This document shows, piece by piece, positions 11,047-21,084 of a DNA stretch of 56,976 bases; position 1 is the stretch's first letter; each line of letters starts with the position of its first letter. A program made the position numbers and the translations under genes. Location of the stretch: IMG/VR virus record IMGVR_UViG_3300042556_002360, positions 1-56,976 of that record; one strand, 5' to 3'. This stretch comes from a virus. Lineage: Duplodnaviria > Caudoviricetes. The notes below the pieces were generated by a model. That model saw only the letters and a program-made list of their open reading frames with translations, ran no database searches and was not told the origin of the DNA.

Positions 11047-11694
11047 ATGAGTGAATTAGTAACCATATCGTCAATAACCGCTAACACACCTGTAGAGGTG
11101 TATTATTGTAGTTCTACAAGTGGTAGTTGCGTTTTCGTAACAACAGCAACAACATTCCCATATTCATTTCAGGTTCCTGACCCATATGATAATGGAAATT
11201 TTGTCATTAAAATTATTGATGATGAAGGATGTGAAATTGGTTATACCATTAATATAACACCAACACCAACGAAAAGTCCAACGCCAACAATTACACCAAC
11301 CAATACACAAACACCAACAATTACTCCGACTCAAACAGTAACACCAAGTCAAACAGTAACACCAACAATAACTCCAACCAAAACACCGACAACAACTCCA
11401 ACACCAACTGTAACCCCTGTGGTTGCTTCTCACGCGATTGGTGATACCTTGTCTGTTAGTTCTGCAAGCACTTGTACCGATACCGTTACAATTGTTAATT
11501 ATTATACCTATATAAGCCAAGCGAATTTAACCCCTGTTATTGGAGCTACGGTTTATCAAACAGTGGTTGGTGGTGTATTATATAATCCGTTTAATGGAGG
11601 AAACAAATACCTTAAAATGGGGTTTGGTGTTAATTACTACGTGGTTCAGATAGATTCAAGTGGTAATATAATGAGTTTTCAAATTTGTCCTTAA
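11047..11694 (+). CDS. Two-domain protein with Thr-Pro linker, putative virion protein
   Basis: ORF with central (TP)n tract. Confidence 0.75.
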   Translation: MSELVTISSITANTPVEVYYCSSTSGSCVFVTTATTFPYSFQVPDPYDNGNFVIKIIDDEGCEIGYTINITPTPTKSPTPTITPTNTQTPTITPTQTVTPSQTVTPTITPTKTPTTTPTPTVTPVVASHAIGDTLSVSSASTCTDTVTIVNYYTYISQANLTPVIGATVYQTVVGGVLYNPFNGGNKYLKMGFGVNYYVVQIDSSGNIMSFQICP

Positions 11695-11769
11695 CAATAG
11701 TAAAAACCATAAAATATCATACTTATACAATAAGATGAACAAGATAAAATTAAAAATTGATAATAAATA

Positions 11770-14004
11770 ATGGCATTAGTTAATAGAGTTTTTTCTAGTT
11801 GTGCTTTTGGTTTTTCTGTTAGTAAAATATTTGAAATAGATACGGCAGGGACTTGGGTTGCAAATAGTAGTACTGTTGTATTTTCAGGTGATAATTCTTG
11901 TTATGTGTATTTAGGTGTTCCAGGTTTAGGAACTCCTGAACAATCATTCGCAACGCCAGATTATAACTCTTGTAGTACGTGTCGAGCTGATTATCCAAGT
12001 ATATATTATTCTTTTTCATCTTGTTGTGATAGTAGTACTTTTAGTTTAAGAAGAGGTGATTTTGAATTAGAACCCATTTTTGTTGACGGAGACGTATTTT
12101 ATTGGACAATAACAAACGGCTCAACAGTTCTATTTCAAGGATGTGCAACTGCAATTGAGAATTATACCGCAAGTACCGTATATTACGGAACAGGTGTAAA
12201 TGGAAGTTATACGTATTTTGGTGCGGATTTGTGCGAAGAATGTTTAGACACATATAATATATGTGTTACTCCGACAGTCACCCCAACACCATCAACAACA
12301 CCAATTCTTTGTGGTAGTGGTGTTACAACATCTACAACTTATAGTTATTATGATTGTTGTGGTAATTTTATTCAAGGTAATACAAATACCGAGTTGATAG
12401 TTTCAATGGACTATACGAAACCGTTTATTGGTATTACCAAATTAAATTCACCATCAACAACAACTTGTCCATCACCAACTCCGACCAAAACACCAACCGC
12501 AACTCCAACACTAACACCAACACCATCGATTACCGCAACAAAAACACCAACTCCAACACCAACCGCAACTCCAACTCAAACACCATCAAATAGTCCAGTA
12601 CTTGCACCTCAAAATGATTGCACCGTTTTCACGTTATTTGATATGGGTATTCAATGTAATTCAATTACAATACCAACATCATCAACATCAAGTGATGGTG
12701 TCTTATCAATTATAGTAACGGGTGGAACTGCACCATATTCCTTTTATTGGGGTGGAGGACAAAGAAGCCAAACATTATACAATGTACCTCAAGGGTCATA
12801 TGAAGTAACTGTAGTAGATTATTATGGTGATTATACCGCAACAACAATTTGTGATTTATTCCCATTAACACCTACTCCAACTCCAACAACAACCACAACT
12901 CCAACACCGACAGTGACACCAACATACCCTAATCTATGTTTAATTTATGTTGGAACTAATGTAAGTTATGGACCAATTCAATTTACATTAAATGGAACAG
13001 TTAATGGTAAACCTACTTGGACATCAGTGTATGAACAAACTCAATTGGATGTTGAATGGTCAGAACAAAATTCAAGGTGGGAAATACAGGGATGGTCATT
13101 TACTTCAGGTATTCCTGTTAGTACGAACACATCAAATGTTCCTGACAGTTCTTGGTCAATGGCTGGGGGTCAACAAGCACAATTGTCAATGACTCAAGGA
13201 ACTTGTCCTGATTACATACCATTAATGTCTATTCCTACGGTTCAAAATCAAACCTGTCCTGCAAACAATAATGGTTCAATTACATTAAGAACTAATTATG
13301 GGGTTCCGCCATACACATATTCAATAGACAATGGTGTGACATATCAGTCAAGTAATGTATTCCAAGGATTAGGTTCAGGAACTTATACGGTTATTACGAA
13401 AGATTCGGCAACACCTACAAATAATACTCTAAGTAATATTGTTACAATTTCTTCTAATCAGAGCGGTACTATAAATTATGTGATTGGTGTTGAGTTAATT
13501 AATACAACTAATACCTCACCTGAAACTCAAATTGCAACTTGGAAGGTTAATGTAACACCACCATTATCTGCAGGGACAACAATATCGTTCGTATTGTTTG
13601 CTGGTGATTATAAAAATTACTATGGTCCTGGTAGTGGAATAATTAATGGAACTACAGTTGTAAAGAAAAACGGTTCAACAGTCACACCAACAAGTACACA
13701 ATCACCATCAGCATTGGTTACAGGACCTAGAGCTGGTTGCTCACCATATGTATCAGGAGTAACAACTTCAAGTGAAACATATAGTATGACGATAGGATAT
13801 AACGATATTATATCAGGAACTTCAACATCAATCTTGTCTATAGATAATGGTGTTATTGCAAGTAACGGTTGTGTAACTAAAGTAGAACAAAGCTTAACTA
13901 TCAACACATTCTCACCAACAATTAATGGTGGTGTATGTAATAGTGTGACAAACGACCCAACAACACGAGGAATTTTCTACCACAGTATAGATTATAACCA
14001 ATAA
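11770..14004 (+). CDS. Cys-rich, Thr-Pro-repeat protein with SprB-like repeats; putative adhesin/fibre
   Basis: DGVLSIIVTGGTAPYSFYW..NVPQGSYEVTVVD and NGSITL..GVPPYTYSID..GLGSGTYTVITKD resemble SprB repeats. Confidence 0.7.
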   Translation: MALVNRVFSSCAFGFSVSKIFEIDTAGTWVANSSTVVFSGDNSCYVYLGVPGLGTPEQSFATPDYNSCSTCRADYPSIYYSFSSCCDSSTFSLRRGDFELEPIFVDGDVFYWTITNGSTVLFQGCATAIENYTASTVYYGTGVNGSYTYFGADLCEECLDTYNICVTPTVTPTPSTTPILCGSGVTTSTTYSYYDCCGNFIQGNTNTELIVSMDYTKPFIGITKLNSPSTTTCPSPTPTKTPTATPTLTPTPSITATKTPTPTPTATPTQTPSNSPVLAPQNDCTVFTLFDMGIQCNSITIPTSSTSSDGVLSIIVTGGTAPYSFYWGGGQRSQTLYNVPQGSYEVTVVDYYGDYTATTICDLFPLTPTPTPTTTTTPTPTVTPTYPNLCLIYVGTNVSYGPIQFTLNGTVNGKPTWTSVYEQTQLDVEWSEQNSRWEIQGWSFTSGIPVSTNTSNVPDSSWSMAGGQQAQLSMTQGTCPDYIPLMSIPTVQNQTCPANNNGSITLRTNYGVPPYTYSIDNGVTYQSSNVFQGLGSGTYTVITKDSATPTNNTLSNIVTISSNQSGTINYVIGVELINTTNTSPETQIATWKVNVTPPLSAGTTISFVLFAGDYKNYYGPGSGIINGTTVVKKNGSTVTPTSTQSPSALVTGPRAGCSPYVSGVTTSSETYSMTIGYNDIISGTSTSILSIDNGVIASNGCVTKVEQSLTINTFSPTINGGVCNSVTNDPTTRGIFYHSIDYNQ

Positions 14005-14032
14005 TAAAATACAAAAACAATATTTATAAAAA

Positions 14033-16270
14033 ATGGCATACGTTATAAAAAATACATCGGGATTAATTAACACTAGACTTACTGATGTTGGAAGAAGATA
14101 TATTTCACAAGGAAATTTCAATATCGCTTATTTCCAAATTGGAGATAGTGAGGTTAATTATGATGTGGCATCTTCATCAACAAGTTATAAGATAACAGAT
14201 AATAATATTTTGATGCCAGCATTCAATGCTCAAAACGACACTGGTACACCACGTTCAAACAAACAAAACATTAAATATCCTTATTACGTTCAAGGAAATG
14301 CGGGAAATACTTATGGACTTCCATTCTTAGATAGTCAATTTCAATCGGTTTACAATTCCGCAGGAGTTAAAGGGTTTTTTACAACAGGAGGAACCCAAGG
14401 AGGTTGGACAGCGCAAACAAGTTCAGCATATACAATAACTTCAAATTATGTGACAGATATGACAACTTTATCAGGACAAACTGATATTGAAATAACATTA
14501 GACACACCAATTTGTGCAACGACAACAGGTACTCCATCAATTAATGATTTTGTTACAATTATATTAGACCCGAATGGAGGTTGTGGAGACTTTGGAACCT
14601 ATCCAATTTTAACATACAAAATCCAAAATATGGTTCCAGCAACAGGTACAACTGGAACTACAAGTTATACTTTAACTTTGGACAGGGCAGTTCCTGATTA
14701 TAGTACTGTTGCCCCTGGTGGAAGTACTGCAAGAGTTTTAATTTATCCTTCAGGGATGACCGAACTTTATGATACAATAACACCAGCACCTTATTGGCAA
14801 ACAGATACACTTAACTTTGAATCACCTTGTGATGTGACAAATCGAGAAAATACTGTAATTTGGAATATGAACATTCCTTGGTCAGTTAGTCCTGCGGGGG
14901 TATTCAGTAGTACTTATGAAGACTACACCCAATACGGTTCAATATCATATATTGGAACAAAAGAATATTTGGGATATCAGGAAACAAGTGGACAAACTGA
15001 TAATAGTATTGTTTATTATTATAATTCATTTGACGAACAAATAATATTACCACCAGACCAACAAAAAGCGATTGCAATAATTCATTACACTAATCAAGAT
15101 ATTGACAATGTATATGGTGAAAAATTTGCAACAACACCATTTGACCCACAAAATCCAACAAATAATACAGGTTTGGCGAGACACTTTAAATTGACAATGC
15201 CAACATTGATGTGGCATAAATCAACAGGTGCTACTATTGGTCAAACATTCTTTATTGACCCTCCAGGGTATGATAATTTATGTAGACCATTTTACATAAA
15301 ATCAACCAAAAATATTGATATGAATGACCCTGGTATTAGATACTATCATTTATGGGATACAAACCCTGACAGTAATGGTAATCTAAACCGAGTTGGTAAA
15401 GTATTCCCTGACCAAGAAATTGTTGTAATTGACGATGAAGAAATTATTGCGGCAATGTCTTATAAGGCAAATAGAAACTGGACAATGTCAGCACCAAAAC
15501 TTTCATTATTAACTCCAAATACTTGTTTTACTAATAGTCAAGATGCTATAGGTATTATGACCAATAGTGACCAAAGAATGTGGGTGACTTATAGATTAGA
15601 TTCTACAGGATTTACAAATTCATTACATTGCAATTATTATTCGGTAATCACAGGACCTGATACGGGTTGTACGATTGATTCACAAAACGTTGCGGTTAGA
15701 TTTGGAAACGAATTTCCATTCCTATCTGATGGAAGTTTTTCAGATGCAACACTTACAGGGTATTCGGCAAACTCATTGAAATTGATTTGTCAGTTTGTTT
15801 CTGGTAACACACTACCAATTCCAACAAATTGGGTTGAAATTGATGTTACAAATCAACTTACAGGTTCAACTGTTAATGGATATCTAACCGTTAGCGGTTT
15901 AACAGGAACAACATTCCAAATTACAAACGATTTATATTATAATAGTGGAGTTACCTATAACTTAGCTAACTATATAGACATTCCTGAGAATGGATACCCT
16001 GAAATACTGAACTTTGGTGATGAATTTTATTTCTACGGAAACTTAGAAACCGATATTACCGCAACCATTTATGAAATGAGATATTTGATAAATTTAGGAA
16101 GAAATCAGTTTACAAATACATCAAATCCTACTTGGACTTCAGGAACAACATCGTATGTTACCGAAATTGGGCTTTATAATTCTAATAAAGACCTTATAGT
16201 TATATCTAAGTTACAATCACCTGAATTGAGGCAAGGTATTCAACAATATGTGGTTAAACTTGATTTTTAA
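14033..16270 (+). CDS. Putative baseplate/tail-fibre attachment structural protein
   Basis: N-terminal LTDVGRRYI..FQIGDSE and C-terminal YVTEIGLYN..LIVISKL resemble tail-collar/baseplate domains. Confidence 0.55.
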   Translation: MAYVIKNTSGLINTRLTDVGRRYISQGNFNIAYFQIGDSEVNYDVASSSTSYKITDNNILMPAFNAQNDTGTPRSNKQNIKYPYYVQGNAGNTYGLPFLDSQFQSVYNSAGVKGFFTTGGTQGGWTAQTSSAYTITSNYVTDMTTLSGQTDIEITLDTPICATTTGTPSINDFVTIILDPNGGCGDFGTYPILTYKIQNMVPATGTTGTTSYTLTLDRAVPDYSTVAPGGSTARVLIYPSGMTELYDTITPAPYWQTDTLNFESPCDVTNRENTVIWNMNIPWSVSPAGVFSSTYEDYTQYGSISYIGTKEYLGYQETSGQTDNSIVYYYNSFDEQIILPPDQQKAIAIIHYTNQDIDNVYGEKFATTPFDPQNPTNNTGLARHFKLTMPTLMWHKSTGATIGQTFFIDPPGYDNLCRPFYIKSTKNIDMNDPGIRYYHLWDTNPDSNGNLNRVGKVFPDQEIVVIDDEEIIAAMSYKANRNWTMSAPKLSLLTPNTCFTNSQDAIGIMTNSDQRMWVTYRLDSTGFTNSLHCNYYSVITGPDTGCTIDSQNVAVRFGNEFPFLSDGSFSDATLTGYSANSLKLICQFVSGNTLPIPTNWVEIDVTNQLTGSTVNGYLTVSGLTGTTFQITNDLYYNSGVTYNLANYIDIPENGYPEILNFGDEFYFYGNLETDITATIYEMRYLINLGRNQFTNTSNPTWTSGTTSYVTEIGLYNSNKDLIVISKLQSPELRQGIQQYVVKLDF

Positions 16271-16273
16271 TAT

Positions 16274-16876
16274 ATGGTAAAAACTATTAATAAAACATCA
16301 CCAAAAGTCCTTGGACTTGACGTGTCAACTAAAACTATTGGATGGTCGTTATTTGACATCCAAACTCAGCAATTACTTGAATTAACGCACGTTTCCCCAG
16401 TACCCAAACCAAAAGTTGAAAATAAGATTGAAGAACTCATTCTTAAGAGTCGTATTTTCAGAGAAAAATTAGAATTATATGTGGGTATGGGAATAACTAA
16501 TGTGGTTATTGAAGAACCATTATTAAATTCAAATAACGTATATACGGTTGGAACTTTAATGAGATTTAATACGTTAGTATGTAAAGAGGTTTACGATATT
16601 CTTGGTGTCGCACCTGAATTTATTTCAACATACAATTCAAGAAAATTTGCATTCCCCCACCTTGTTCAACAAAACGATAAAGGAAAATTCGTTTTATTTG
16701 GTGGACTTCCAAAAGATACTGATAAAAAGGTAATTATTTGGGAATTGGTTGCAAAGAGAGAACCTCAGATTGTTTGGGGATACACAAAAAACAATACACT
16801 CAAGAAAGAAAATTATGATATGACCGATGCTTATACCTGTGCTTTGGGGTATATGAAATCAATATCTGTTTGGTAA
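16274..16876 (+). CDS. ruvC: RuvC-like Holliday junction resolvase
   Basis: VLGLD..TIGW, VVIEE, DMTDA catalytic pattern. Confidence 0.75.
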   Translation: MVKTINKTSPKVLGLDVSTKTIGWSLFDIQTQQLLELTHVSPVPKPKVENKIEELILKSRIFREKLELYVGMGITNVVIEEPLLNSNNVYTVGTLMRFNTLVCKEVYDILGVAPEFISTYNSRKFAFPHLVQQNDKGKFVLFGGLPKDTDKKVIIWELVAKREPQIVWGYTKNNTLKKENYDMTDAYTCALGYMKSISVW

Positions 16877-16900
16877 TGTAAGATATTTCATTTACCTTTG
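16869..16900 (+). promoter_or_regulatory. Bacteroidota-type sigmaA promoter
   Basis: TTTG at 16869 and TACCTTTG at 16893 (24-nt offset, as in other copies). Confidence 0.65.
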
Positions 16901-16939
16901 TTGGGTAAAATTATTATTAATAATCCAACCAACAAACTT

Positions 16940-17152
16940 ATGTTAAATACCAAAAAAAGAAAGAACATAGTTAGAGAAGCCAAATCTCTTATTAAATTAG
17001 AGATAGATGGATTTGACGACCTTCATGTCGGGGAAAGAGAATCAATCTTAGACAAATACATTCAGAGAGTTTGTGAAGAAAAAGGAACAACTCTAAATCA
17101 TTTCTATTTTGAAGAAGGGAAAAAATTAGAAAAAATATTAGGGGTAATTTAA
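16940..17152 (+). CDS. Hypothetical protein
   Basis: ORF; start moved to ATG 16940 downstream of the promoter. Confidence 0.65.
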   Translation: MLNTKKRKNIVREAKSLIKLEIDGFDDLHVGERESILDKYIQRVCEEKGTTLNHFYFEEGKKLEKILGVI

Positions 17153-17200
17153 TTTTTTTATTAAAATGATACTTTTATAAAAAGTAAGATATTTATTATT

Positions 17201-17359
17201 ATGGGAAGAAAAAAAATAAAAGAAGATGAAAAAAAAATTAGAATGTCTATTACTGTTGACCCAGATATTGAATACATTATTAGAAATAGTCATATTAACC
17301 TTTCTTCATTAACAAATAAATTATTAAAAGAATATTTTAATGGAAAGAAAAATTTGTAG
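17201..17359 (+). CDS. Small ribbon-helix-helix-like protein (52 aa; not in ORF track)
   Basis: Hand translation MGRKKIKEDEKKIRMSITVDPDIEYIIRNSHINLSSLTNKLLKEYFNGKKNL; overlaps the HNH start. Confidence 0.7.
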   Translation: MGRKKIKEDEKKIRMSITVDPDIEYIIRNSHINLSSLTNKLLKEYFNGKKNL

Positions 17360-18041
17360 TAAATGTTTAATTGAAAGGGATGTTTGTGAATTCCACAAAC
17401 ATAAAAAGACAATTGATGGGTACTTTTCTCAATGTAAAGTATGTCGTAAAATTAAATCTAAAAATAATTATTTTAAAAATAAAGAAAATGGTAAATTAGT
17501 TATTACTATTAAAACGTGTTGTTCTTGTTGTGTTGAAAAAAATATTAGCTATTTTCATAAACAATGTGGTTCAAAAGATGGGTATAGGTCAATGTGTAAA
17601 GAATGTCGAGCTATTAAGTTTAAGGATGATTATCAAAATTCGTCCGAGTTTTCAAGGGAACATAAAAAAAGAACTAAAAATTATAGATTAAATAATCGTG
17701 AAAAAGTCAATCAATACTTTAAAGATAGGTATATTGATAAACCTCATGAATATGCTTGGAGGGGAATGTTAAGTTCGGTTATTAGACGATTTGGGGGTAA
17801 AAAAGAGTTATCAACATATGAAACATTAGGGTATTCGGCGGAACAATTAAAAAAACATTTAGAAAATTTATTTACTGAGGGAATGTCTTGGGAAAATTGG
17901 GGAGAATGGCATATTGACCACAAAATACCTATTAGTTGTTTTAATAAAAATGAAGACCCCAAAGTAGTCAATTCTTTAGATAATTTACAACCATTGTGGG
18001 CGGTAGAAAATATAAAAAAGAGTAATAAAATAAATGACTGA
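17340..18041 (+). CDS. HNH homing endonuclease with two N-terminal Cys4 zinc modules
   Basis: CSKC..CKVC repeats; WHIDHKIP..NLQPLWAVENIKKSN. Confidence 0.85.
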   Translation: MERKICSKCLIERDVCEFHKHKKTIDGYFSQCKVCRKIKSKNNYFKNKENGKLVITIKTCCSCCVEKNISYFHKQCGSKDGYRSMCKECRAIKFKDDYQNSSEFSREHKKRTKNYRLNNREKVNQYFKDRYIDKPHEYAWRGMLSSVIRRFGGKKELSTYETLGYSAEQLKKHLENLFTEGMSWENWGEWHIDHKIPISCFNKNEDPKVVNSLDNLQPLWAVENIKKSNKIND

Positions 18042-18936
18042 AGAAATTAATGTATTATTAGAGTTAATTGAAAATGTCTTGAACAAACCAAAAAAGGTTT
18101 ATGAGTCAAAACATCAATATGGTTATGACTGCCCTAATTGTATGGATATAAAGGGTCTTGATAAAGGAGACAATAAGGGTAATTTAGAAATTAATCTTAA
18201 TAAATTTGTTTTCCATTGTTGGGGATGTGGAGTTAGTGGACCATTAGGGCGTTTATTTGACGACTATGGAACTAAAAAACAAAAAAAAGTTTACAATCTA
18301 ATTAAACCTGATGAGTTAAAACAAGAAGAAGCAAAGAAACCAAAATTAAAACTACCTCAAGGATATACAACTTTTGAGGATTCCAATCCAAGATTTATTC
18401 CACACATTGAGGCGTATAGATACCTACAATCAAGAGGTATTGGTGATGAGTTAATTAAAAAACACAAAATTGGTTATACCGTAACTGGTGATTTCGCATA
18501 TAGAATTATAGTTCCGTCTTACAATAAAGAAGGTGCTTTGAATTATTTCATAGCAAGGTCTTGGGTTCCAAAAAAGATGAAATACAAGAATCCAACCGCA
18601 GCTAAAGATGAAATTATATTTAACGAGGGTTTGATTGATTGGGATAAGGATATACATATATGTGAAGGAGCATTTGATGCTTTTTTCTTGGATAATTCAA
18701 TTGTTATGTTGGGAAAAAAGATGAGTGATTTATTGTTCTCAACAATATATGAGAAGGCAAATGGGAATATTATTATATGTCTCGACGAAGATGCTTGGAC
18801 GGACGCATTAAAATTATATCACACCTTGAACGGTGGAAGATTATACAACAAAATTAAAATAATCAAACCACCAAAAGATATGGATGTTGCTGACTTAAAG
18901 GGTAACATTGATGAATATTTTGTAGAAATTAAATAA
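18034..18936 (+). CDS. DNA primase (zinc finger + TOPRIM)
   Basis: CPNC..HCWGC, YLQSRGI, ICEGAFD, CLDED. Confidence 0.85.
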   Translation: MTEEINVLLELIENVLNKPKKVYESKHQYGYDCPNCMDIKGLDKGDNKGNLEINLNKFVFHCWGCGVSGPLGRLFDDYGTKKQKKVYNLIKPDELKQEEAKKPKLKLPQGYTTFEDSNPRFIPHIEAYRYLQSRGIGDELIKKHKIGYTVTGDFAYRIIVPSYNKEGALNYFIARSWVPKKMKYKNPTAAKDEIIFNEGLIDWDKDIHICEGAFDAFFLDNSIVMLGKKMSDLLFSTIYEKANGNIIICLDEDAWTDALKLYHTLNGGRLYNKIKIIKPPKDMDVADLKGNIDEYFVEIK

Positions 18937-18940
18937 AAAG

Positions 18941-18972
18941 TTTGGTGATTTATAAAAAATGTTGTATTTTTG
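18941..18972 (+). promoter_or_regulatory. Bacteroidota-type sigmaA promoter
   Basis: TTTG at 18941, TATTTTTG at 18965. Confidence 0.55.
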
Positions 18973-18999
18973 CTAACCATTTATTTAAATACAACCGAT

Positions 19000-19155
19000 A
19001 TGACATTCACCATTGACACCTACAACCGATTGAAAACAGAATACAACAACGCTCGTCAGAACAATTTAGAGATATTCACATTTGATGGTCACGAGTTATT
19101 AACGGATTATGCAAAATATATGATTGAATATCTAAAGACAAAATTTGAAAAATAA
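19000..19155 (+). CDS. Small hypothetical phage protein
   Basis: ORF from ATG 19000; FTFDGHELLTDYAKYMIEYL. Confidence 0.65.
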   Translation: MTFTIDTYNRLKTEYNNARQNNLEIFTFDGHELLTDYAKYMIEYLKTKFEK

Positions 19156-19159
19156 CAAT

Positions 19160-19582
19160 ATGGTATTTACATTAGAAGAAATAAAAAAGTATTTGCAAAG
19201 TCAAAAAAGTATTGATGACGCTATTGACAATTTGAACGAACAAAACATAGTTTGTTTAATAGATGATTTCAATAGTTTAAATTTTCAAAAGAACGATGAG
19301 AATTTAGCAAAGTATGAAATGTCAATAGGACTTTACAAACTAAAAGAAGAACAACAAACTATTTACAGAAATAGCAATGGAAAAAAAGGTAAATATTGGA
19401 TGGCACTTTCTCCAAAATGGATTGATAATGATGAAATAAAAAAGAAAGTAAATACAGAGTTTGAAATACGTTATTGGGTAAACTATGGCGATGATGATGT
19501 TTATGGATGGTTTACTGTCGAACAAATAAAACAATGGCTTACTACTCCTGATTTGAAACTTCGTTCATTAGGTGGTTCGTAG
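19160..19582 (+). CDS. Hypothetical protein, possible cassette-derived gene
   Basis: ORF ends directly at an attC-like inverted repeat. Confidence 0.7.
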   Translation: MVFTLEEIKKYLQSQKSIDDAIDNLNEQNIVCLIDDFNSLNFQKNDENLAKYEMSIGLYKLKEEQQTIYRNSNGKKGKYWMALSPKWIDNDEIKKKVNTEFEIRYWVNYGDDDVYGWFTVEQIKQWLTTPDLKLRSLGGS

Positions 19583-19729
19583 CAGTTGCAGATAACGTTT
19601 TGCAGATTGCCGAAGGTGGAGCTTTGTACCACTAATGTTTAATTTAAAAACTGAATTTAATATGACCACAAATGTTGATTTGAAAAACGAAACCCCCACT
19701 TTTGGCAAACCCTTGTTATCTGCATCTGC
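19582..19729 (+). repeat. attC-like imperfect long inverted repeat (148 bp)
   Basis: GCAGTTGCAGATAAC ... GTTATCTGCATCTGC outer arms; TTGCCGAAGGTGG ... CCACTTTTGGCAA inner arms. Confidence 0.65.
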
Positions 19730-19779
19730 GGTTTTCAAGGCAGGAAGTTTCAAATTTTAAACAATTAAAAAATAACAAT

Positions 19780-20622
19780 ATGGAGTTAACCAATATCGCA
19801 AAAGAAATACGAGACATTATTTCAGAAAAACAAAAAACACTTGGTCTGTCCTTTAAAGAGGAAGACCACATATATACGATGAACGGAAGGACAGATTATC
19901 CATCCGTATCAAAAGTATTAAAGAAATTCTATACAGAGTTTCCAACCGAAGAAGCTGCGTATAATAAAGCAGGTGGAGACCCACAAAGACAACAAGAACT
20001 TATTGAAGAATGGGCTGCGGCTGGTGATTACTCAACTAATATGGGAAGTCGTGTTCACTTTGTTTTGGAGAGTGAAGTGATTAAAAAACACGGAAACTAT
20101 AAGGAAGTAAGACAACCTGAATTTAAATGTGATTTAACACAGATAATGAAGGGTGACAATATGATTGTTGCGGGGAAAAAATACCTAAACCTAATGGAAG
20201 AAAGGGGTGCGGTGTTACTTGATACGGAGATGGTCTTAGGTCATCCTGAGTTGGGATATACTGGACAACCCGATAAAGTTTGGTTGATGATGAACCGAGA
20301 AAAAACTGACTTTGGTATTGTAATCACCGATTGGAAAACAAACAAACCAAAGAACTTTGAATCCACCAAGTTTACCAAAAAAATGTTAAAACCTTTTGAG
20401 AAGTATGATGATACAGCTCTCGGTCACTACTATGTTCAATTACCACTTTATGGTAAATTATTACTTAAAATGTTGGAGGGTACCAAATACAACGATATTA
20501 AATTATATGGTTGTGTAATATCTCATCTTAAAGAAGATTCATTGTATGATGAATACAGAGTACCTCAAGATGTTGTTAATATTGTTCTTGGTATGAATGT
20601 CAAAGAATATTTGACTAAGTAA
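19780..20622 (+). CDS. PD-(D/E)XK exonuclease (Cas4/RecB-like)
   Basis: GSRVH, TE, GQPD, ITDWKT, YYVQLPLY; start taken at ATG 19780. Confidence 0.8.
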   Translation: MELTNIAKEIRDIISEKQKTLGLSFKEEDHIYTMNGRTDYPSVSKVLKKFYTEFPTEEAAYNKAGGDPQRQQELIEEWAAAGDYSTNMGSRVHFVLESEVIKKHGNYKEVRQPEFKCDLTQIMKGDNMIVAGKKYLNLMEERGAVLLDTEMVLGHPELGYTGQPDKVWLMMNREKTDFGIVITDWKTNKPKNFESTKFTKKMLKPFEKYDDTALGHYYVQLPLYGKLLLKMLEGTKYNDIKLYGCVISHLKEDSLYDEYRVPQDVVNIVLGMNVKEYLTK

Positions 20623-20654
20623 TCCAAATGACTTAAGTTTATAAAAAATATATT

Positions 20655-20855
20655 ATGGGAACTTCAAACAAAATTATTTATTCAGCTATGTTGGGGATAT
20701 CGTTATTTTCAATAACGTTTAACATTATCACACATAACTATCATTACGCGATGGCGTCCTTCACCACATTGTGTTGGGTTGGGGTGGCTTGGACTAATGA
20801 GAAAAGATGTATAAACCTTAAAAAACAAATAGACGATTTAAATGGAACAAATTAA
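20655..20855 (+). CDS. Small membrane protein
   Basis: Two hydrophobic segments. Confidence 0.65.
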   Translation: MGTSNKIIYSAMLGISLFSITFNIITHNYHYAMASFTTLCWVGVAWTNEKRCINLKKQIDDLNGTN

Positions 20856-21084
20856 ACCAAAAGTTAACTTGAGAGATAGTGAAACAATCAAGTGCGAAAA
20901 ATGTGAAAGTGTTTACTTCAGAGAAGTGATTTACATAAAAAAAGTATCAAAACTATTAACAGGTTCTGCAGAAGATACAATCGTACCTTTTCCAATTTAC
21001 AAATGTGATTCTTGCGGACACGTGAATAAAGGATTTAATCCTTTTGACGAGGAAGAACAACCAAAGATTACGTTAAATGATTAA
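20842..21084 (+). CDS. Zinc-ribbon protein
   Basis: CEKC ... CDSCGH. Confidence 0.75.
   Translation: MEQIKPKVNLRDSETIKCEKCESVYFREVIYIKKVSKLLTGSAEDTIVPFPIYKCDSCGHVNKGFNPFDEEEQPKITLND

Noticed and set aside
19780-20622. Cas4 as part of a CRISPR system
   Set aside because: Stand-alone PD-(D/E)XK nuclease in a replication module, without the Fe-S Cys cluster or an array
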